A stretch of DNA of 61,894 bases, the filler included, from Sphacelaria rigidula (taxonomy: Eukaryota), in the NCBI GenBank assembly GCA_964200075.2. It is 2 parts of 2 records of this genome, joined end to end, with 100 filler letters (N's around TTAATTAATTAA, not from the genome) between each part and the next. Parts side by side here need not be neighbours in the genome. Positions count along the whole stretch, not along the records: positions 31,089 to 61,894 come from CAXNAA020000056.1; 1 more part is not named here. The stretch is one strand, 5' to 3'. Positions 54,823 to 61,894 of this stretch are shown here, piece by piece; position 1 is the stretch's first letter; each line of letters opens with the position of its first letter. The translations under genes were made by a program, and so were the position numbers. A model generated the notes under the pieces. The model did not search any database. It was not told where the DNA came from and worked only from the letters and a program-made list of their open reading frames with translations.

Positions 54823-57800
54823 CTGTCATTCAGTTTGGACACAAGTCGACGAAGGAAGAGAGGGAAAACATGTGAAAACACACACACGCACATAATGAAT
54901 GCACGTATTTTTGTTGTCAAATGTTCCGTGAAATATTCTGCGGGCAATTTTCACATGCATAACGGCAGAGGAGTGCTGGTACTTGGAAGGGTTGGATATA
55001 GGTGCAGTCATCATCCATCAACAGCGCGTACACGGAAGCCAGAGCAGTATGTTACTACATACTTCGTGGCAGGTTTTGAACAAAATGGAGAAATACTCTG
55101 AGTTTTGTGATCGAGCGTGACCCAACTCGTGTCACGTGTTTTGTGCCTTCAGACGGCACGATATTGCAGTGCTCCCGTGTGCGCACTGTGCTGTCCTTCA
55201 ATAAACTACAACGACCGTCATGGCATATCTATGGGCACGACAACGCATGATTTGTATGACCGATGGACGTGGCGATACTCCAAACCCAGCACTCGCGATA
55301 TTGCATGACTTGGGCGCCTGCATTTTCGTTGGTATGTATTGATTATTGTTTAATTATACTAGTACAGCTATACACCACATGAATGGGAAGCGTATCAGCT
55401 CCCGGAGAGTAGCATTTTCTTTTCAAATCTCGATTTTTTGGGTCGAGATTGTCTGCCAAGAGAATCATTCTCCAGGAACTTGCCGTGAGCAACACACCTT
55501 TCTTCCCGGTAATTGCCATACCTCACATGACGGAATACTGGAGAGCAATCGTGCTAATCTTTCTTCCCTTCCTCTTCACGCAGAGTTATCTTCCCACGAT
55601 TTTACAGATGGATTAGCCGCACAAAGTCGCGAATATCCGTAGCGCGGCACGATCGTACCAGGTACTGGCCCTAGGGTCAGCTCACAATACGCAGGGTAAC
55701 AACTGGCTGTATGAACGCAGTAGCCCTGAATAAGTTTTCGGGGAGTTTGACTCTTTGGAAAGCGAAAACAGTGGAGCGGGTGAGCTCAGAGAGAATGAAA
55801 AATAAGAAGAAACAGGAAAACCATGGAGGGTCTATCGAGGTGACGAGGGTCCAGAGCTCCTGTTGATGAGAATGGCTAAAGTCCGGATAATGAACTTATC
55901 GACGCATGTTCGACTAGACCCGTCACGAATCAGCGCACCAGTATCCAAACCCCCCGGAGGCGCTAAGAGCTCCTCTCCGCCTCAATCCCTCTGCTGATAC
56001 TAGTACAGCGCACCACCACCCAAGCCTCCCTCGCGGCGCTGAGAGCCCTCCGCTCCGAGCTGATCGTGATCCAGAGGAAGGCAGAAGCGCCCAAGGGAGG
56101 ACAGGGGCTACCTCTATCGTCAGGAAGCCCACCAGCATAATACTCGCGGTCGAAACCCACCGGTGAAGAGGTGGTCGTCGATAACAAAGATGCGGTACAA
56201 GATGGTGGAAACGCCCAGGAGGGGGGGAAAGTAGCCGGTCATATAGGCAGGATAGTCACGGAGAAGAGCAAAACGATGACAACGCTCATGTGGAGGCTAC
56301 TTGTGGCAACGGAGAAACAGGAGTAAACGCTAGGGCGAGGAAGGGGTGCCTGGTATCTGAAGCACGAACCCGATGACGAGGAAGTGGACCACAGTGCAGA
56401 TTTTTGAGGATATTCATTTGGCCAGGCCCAGGCCCCGCACGAGTCCACAGGTGAAGGCACATCGGAAGGCAATAGGAAGAGAGAGCACCAGCACCTCCCG
56501 ACTGTTCGAACAGAGTGTGTGCATAGCATTTTCCTGACGTTAAGACAGATGCACATCCTTTTCGGGCGCAATGCAGCGGTCCGACGCCGAGATTTCGACC
56601 GGAAGCACACCTCTCCATCACAGCGCCCTCACACTTCGCTGCCTCAACTCTCGCGATATCCGTGGTCTCATGGTGATTCAAGCATACGATTGTCTCGCCC
56701 AGAGAGATTATCTTCCAGAACCTCGGTGGAATCAAGGCGTTCAGCATTCACATCTCATTTATGGGCTTGGCCGACGACAGTGCCGTCTCCGTTCGACGAC
56801 TTGTTTCCGCCCACCACTACCCACGCAAACGGCATTAGAAGAGGGGAGGAGCGACGTCTCTCAGATGGAGAGAATTGCCCACGACAATGACGAGCACCAC
56901 CATCAGTACCCGTAGCACCACTCGTGCGCAGCTCCCCATCTTCGAGGGTCAAAACACCCTCGATCGAGATTGATGGACGTCGATATAAGGAAGCGAGGAC
57001 TGTCGCGATCACTCCTGATCGTGGAACGAAGCAACGCGGCAGCGGTGGCAGCGGCAGCCTGCGATGCGGCCGTCAAAGTGCTACGGTGTCCACACTCCGA
57101 AGCACCCGCTTTCAGACACGGATCGTGCACCCCAATGTGCGCAACCGCATTCGGGAAATATATCAGAGCGTGTTTCAGTTTCGTTTTTCTCGGGTACGTC
57201 CATCATGAGACCACGGCTGGACCCCTGGGGGATCAGTTCAAGTGCGACAATCAATCAGATCAACCAATCAGTAGTGAATAAGCACGGCCTGAAACGTCCA
57301 ACTGCCACGCAACGGGGGCCGCCGCGTGCGCCGCCACGTGCGCGGCCGGGGAGGAACCACATCATGCGATAGCGCACCCGCAGTCGACACATGCGCAGTA
57401 CGGGGTGTGTGCGCCAATGTACCACCCACACGTGCAGACTCATCCAGAGGGTGGTGCATCCGAAGACGCGCAGCCTGCACCCGACGCCGCCCCGTGGGGA
57501 CGAGGCCAAAAATACATCACCCGCACCAACAGGTGCGGCATCAGCGGACCCGCGAACGGATTTTGCAGAGCTTGGACTTGCCTACCAATACCAAGCTTTC
57601 TGCCGTCAAAAGCCCAACGGCGTCCCGGTGGCTGAAAAGGAGTCACGCGGCAAGTCAACAACATGCGGTGCCTAGGAACCACGCGAAGCGGCATTCTGGG
57701 CACGTTTCGAGTGCGCATCAGAGGCGCGTCTAGGCATGCTTTATGGTGCAACACCCTCCGAGCTGACGACGTTTACCACTGAAAACGTCCACCAACGCAT

Positions 57801-58745
57801 GTCCGTGACCAACGACACTAAGTTGTAGCAGAGCTCTAGATTCAGTTGGCAAAAGAGTGTAACGTAGATATAAGCTGGTCAAGCCTAGAAACGGATTTGA
57901 GCTCACAGCAATATGTCATCGACAGAGACGAATTGGGCCGTGATCCGCATATCGTAATAATCTTCCAATCAATGGAAAGATGCCCATCTGCTCAAAGGAC
58001 TGGGCCATTTTTTTTCGCTGGTTAAACGTCATGTCGAGTAATTCCTACAAGTATACCGTACGGAAATAGGACCCATACTAAACCCTATATGAAAACCGTC
58101 ACGATATCTTCAGCGGATGTTGACGATTTTTGGTACAGGCATTCCCTTGAGCACGGAGGAACGAACGATACACTCATCTTCACCTAATTAGTCATCTATC
58201 TTGATGAGATATGGCGCACAAAAATATTCTATACTGATCTCAATATATTACGTGCAGAGGCATTAAACGCAAAAAATCTGGGTTTTGCGTCTCAGTTTTT
58301 GAGAGTTATGCTTTGAAATTCAGTGTGGCGAATCGCGAGGGCATAATAAAATAAAGAAACTCAGCTTCTTGATTTATTTGATCTATTTCTTCATTTGATA
58401 GGGGCATTGTAAGAAAAAATGGGCATTGCTTTTGGCCCTCATGTCAGTTTCTCAGCCCAATTTTTAGGATTGTGATTTGGAATGGAGTATGGAGGATCGC
58501 AAGGGCATGCTGAAAACAAAAAAAAGTGGACCTTCATTCTTTTGGTGAGTTGGAGGCGTTCTCGTGAAATAGTTGTCTTCACCACTTCAAAATGTCCTCA
58601 AGTCATGAAAAAAAGGGGTGTCCCATTTCTTGGTTCCGTATGTTCTGGCGATTTCCCACAAATAATTTTGAAGCACAAGTACCAAACCTGGACCGGTAAG
58701 TGGCCTCCGAAAATTCGACCGGCCCGGGTTCTAAATCGCCCGCTC

Positions 58746-58992
58746 TCACCTCAATTTTGAGAGCTGGGCTTTCAACCTTGGCACGGAGAATGAATAGGGC
58801 ATGATAAAACGATACGCCGGGACAGGAAGGTTTTTTCTTCATGAGTTCACGGACATTTTACTGATAACTGGATATTGTTTTTTGCCTTCAACTCACGGAA
58901 ACAAAGGCTATCCTGTCCAAGCCTGGTTTTTTATAATGCCATTTTCATTCTCCATACCAAATTTGAAAGTACTACTCTTCAAATTGAGGTAA
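58746..58992. mobile_element. Palindromic foldback element
   Basis: ACCTCAATTT/AAATTGAGGT and GGAGAATGAA..GGCAT/ATGCC..TTCATTCTCC arms. Confidence 0.7.
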
Positions 58993-61422
58993 GCATGGGC
59001 CTGCGACGTACAGATCCGCTTCTAGGCTGGACCTTCTCGTGGTAGAAATGAATTATTTCTTGTCTTGACGACTCAGCAGCTATCTCAGGCATGAGCTAGC
59101 TGAACATTCCCGAGAAATGCCTTATATTGGAGTAAGCAACAGTGTAAAGCGAGCTACTGCTTCTACGTCGGTGCTACGATTCAGTAAATGTAGCACAGTA
59201 CGAAGGACATACAGCACCGAGTTCATAGGTACGGGTCGTTCTAAAATAATTGAACTGAAATCAGCAATGTTTTCGTTGTTTTCCATGAGTCTCGTCGGGA
59301 TTTTCGAGGAATTTTCTCTGGGTACACGCGCGCTTCTCAAACCTTATCTGCCGCAGAGAGGTCAACAAGATTACATTGTTTGATTATTTATTGTCCGGGC
59401 CTGGTCTGGGCTTCATATCCCTCCGTTAGCTTGCTACAAACCAGGGCAGTAGCAGGAGGAGAGCTGAAGAAAAGATGTTCAGTCAGCATCGATAATATTT
59501 TTGATGAACAGCAAGTCATGAAGCAAGCAAAGCTTGCTGTATACCTTCGAAAGGAAGCGACTTTCTAGCACACGGGATCGCACACGCAAGAGAGATACAT
59601 TATTGCGTTAGCTGTCTGATGTTCCGTGTGTAGAGTGATTGGTTGTTTCCAGCATTGTACCTCAACAACGTCCCGTCGCCATGCCGACTGCATCTGTATC
59701 GCAAGAAGGTTCGCGAGCGCTGGCCAGCCAGCTAGCACCGTGCTTTTCATGTTTGTACGGCACCGATCAACGCGAGCCATCCAAAATAACATCACAACAG
59801 CCAACAAAAGGGAGCCAGCAGCATGAATGCGGGTACGGTCCTTTGCTCGAGATATGTTCCGTCCGAGCAGCTCGAAGCAACACACAACGGCGACGATGGA
59901 GCTATCTTGAATCATGCCTCGTATCCAAGTTCGCGCAGAATGCAGCAGGAAGCTGCGCGCAAATGGAGACTGCAACACCAACCCCGGCCACCTCAACCAT
60001 ACCGCGGGCACGGCGGCACTCACCGCAAACGTTGGGTACACTAACCTATATGCCAAGAGACAGAGCATCGCTTGTGAGACCGTTGTTGTCTTGGATATCA
60101 TCCTACCTCCGCACGGTACTGTGCTGCGGCTGCGGGCACCAGAAGACCGGCAAAAGCATGTGTGACGGAGTGAGTACTAGAAATCAAGTTTGAACTACGA
60201 AATGTACTATGAAACGTAAAGGGCCTGGTCAAAAATTCAACTCAAATTACTTGAAAATAATGTCTGTACCAAGAATAAAAACCGTACCTATGAACCCACC
60301 GCCGGTCATACGTACATTCCAACACATGAAACTATATTTGTTTTTCATCTTGCAAATCATTTCATTCACACTTGCGGTCGAAAGATGGAAGGTTGGAAGA
60401 TTCCCGTACCATGCACACAAAAATCACTCTTCTCGTTGGAGGTACGTCTCTGCAGTGGTGAACTGCAGACTGTACTCTCGTACACCAAACATTCAAGTAC
60501 TACACTATGAAACTCGGATGAGAGGAACGGTAACAGATACTCTACAACTTCCAATTTAGTTCTCATCAGATCCGTGTACACTATCCCAAAAGGTCAACTC
60601 TCATGGAGCGATCTGGCCCAAACAAGCAATCTGACAACCTGATCAACTGCGGTCAGACCACCTGGCCAAGTGGTACGGGGGGGGAAGGGGGGGGGGATCT
60701 GGCCATATCACCGGGACTGAAATCACCTGTCGTTGATGTTTAGAAATACACCGACAATCTGACTTCGAGATTGCTGCTACTTTCGGACCTCCTGGATCTA
60801 GTGCATGATGGTAAGAGGGGCGTCAGTTGACTGTATTGACGGCGACAGCCTTGACTTGTGTGCTGCCATCTTGGCATCATTGGACTGTAAAAATGTGCAG
60901 GGAAAAGGGAAACGCAGCTTGCGCAAAACACTCATTGCCAACGTCAGGGCCGCTCAGACAAACTTGTTCTTACCTTTAACGCCATCACGATTGTTCAGCT
61001 ATGAAAACAAGAGAGAAGTGTCCGGCTCACGGCCGTGACCGTCAGCGACAGTTTTCATGTCCAGCTCGTATCGTTTCTGGGCACCAACCATGCTAAATCT
61101 GAGCAGAGCTCGTGGTATCCACATGTGGGTAGAAAGAAGAACGTTCCAGCTTTTCTGGCTTCAGGTAGCGTGTGGTCGTGTTCGTAATGCTTTCAAACAG
61201 CCATTCGTCACACAAATCAAACACAGCGACATTGATTTAGCGACCATCGGAAATGCCTGGCGCAACTGTCTGTGTGCAATAGCGGAGCTGCCAAACATTT
61301 CACAATCGAAATCACTATTCCCCACAAGACGACACCATGTGATTCTAGGCAACCCACACTCACATCACGCACCTGGACATAGATGCATAGAAAAACTTGA
61401 AGTTCAGATTACAGATATGGTA

Positions 61423-61780
61423 CCTGGTCGCCCCGGTGGCTCAGTGGGTAACCTCGACATCTTCTGACGGTTGGGTCGTGGGTTCAATTCTCGGGGCGAT
61501 TTGGGTTTTTCTCTCGCACCACGCTCAACAGTGGAAAGAGACTGTGTCGTGGGTGCACAAACTTCGACTTGACGGTCGACGAGGGAAAAGGACTGCTGAA
61601 CCCCTCTCGAGACAAAAAAATAAAGGCAAGCACTGCAGAAGGAAGGTGGGGTACTTGAAACAAACAAAAAAAAAACACGCTTCTGTGTTGATCTTCCTCC
61701 TGTGTGATCCAGGCTGGTGCACCCACATATACCGAAAGGTGTAGACCGGCATCCAGAATAGATGTGACAACAACACGCAT
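61423..61780 (+). mobile_element. tRNA-derived SINE, copy 3
   Basis: CCTGGTCGCCCCGGTGGCTCAGTGGGTAACC...GGTTCAATTC (A and B boxes). The body is the reverse complement of the 19625-19997 family. Confidence 0.85.
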
Positions 61781-61894
61781 CAGGATTGATGTTCGCGGAT
61801 GATTTTTTGCGGATTTCAGGAACAGCAGAAGGATTGCAGACACAGATAGACAAGGCGCTAGAATACACTGGGAAATGGAGAGTGACAGCGAACG

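Noticed and set aside
59565-60193. Overlapping 178-aa and 184-aa ORFs as the missing transporter N-terminus or a new gene
   Set aside because: There is no GTTxGAG motif, no in-phase splice path to 54822, and no recognisable domain.
61423-61500. Genuine tRNA gene
   Set aside because: It has A and B boxes but no proper cloverleaf, and it continues into a body shared by three diverged copies, so it is a SINE head.

Overview
Eukaryotic, intron-rich nuclear DNA, most likely from a brown alga (Phaeophyceae, probably kelp-like). This is inferred from the ASAF-type plastid presequence, the red-lineage LHC and the long repeat-filled introns. I spliced three genes by hand with GT-AG junctions and consistent phases. 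(1) A 5-exon Lhcr-type light-harvesting protein on the minus strand (2595-8607). (2) An 11-exon P-class PPR protein on the plus strand (9023-28225), head-to-head with the LHC gene about 415 bp away. (3) The last 8 exons of a TyrP/Mtr-like aromatic amino-acid permease on the minus strand (38441-54822); its 5' exons were not found in the window. An artificial 100-nt scaffold spacer at 30989-31088 splits the window. Introns and intergenic DNA contain tRNA-derived SINEs, palindromic foldback MITEs, telomeric-repeat-associated elements, degenerate retroelement fragments and microsatellites. The most striking signal is a two-family short retroposon system with about 18 pieces in 6 loci. Its copies insert at G-tracts, end in a C-run on the minus strand, are flanked by target duplications, build head-to-tail arrays and share a ~70-nt folded 3' domain. 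All structure and homology calls are by eye and need computational confirmation.
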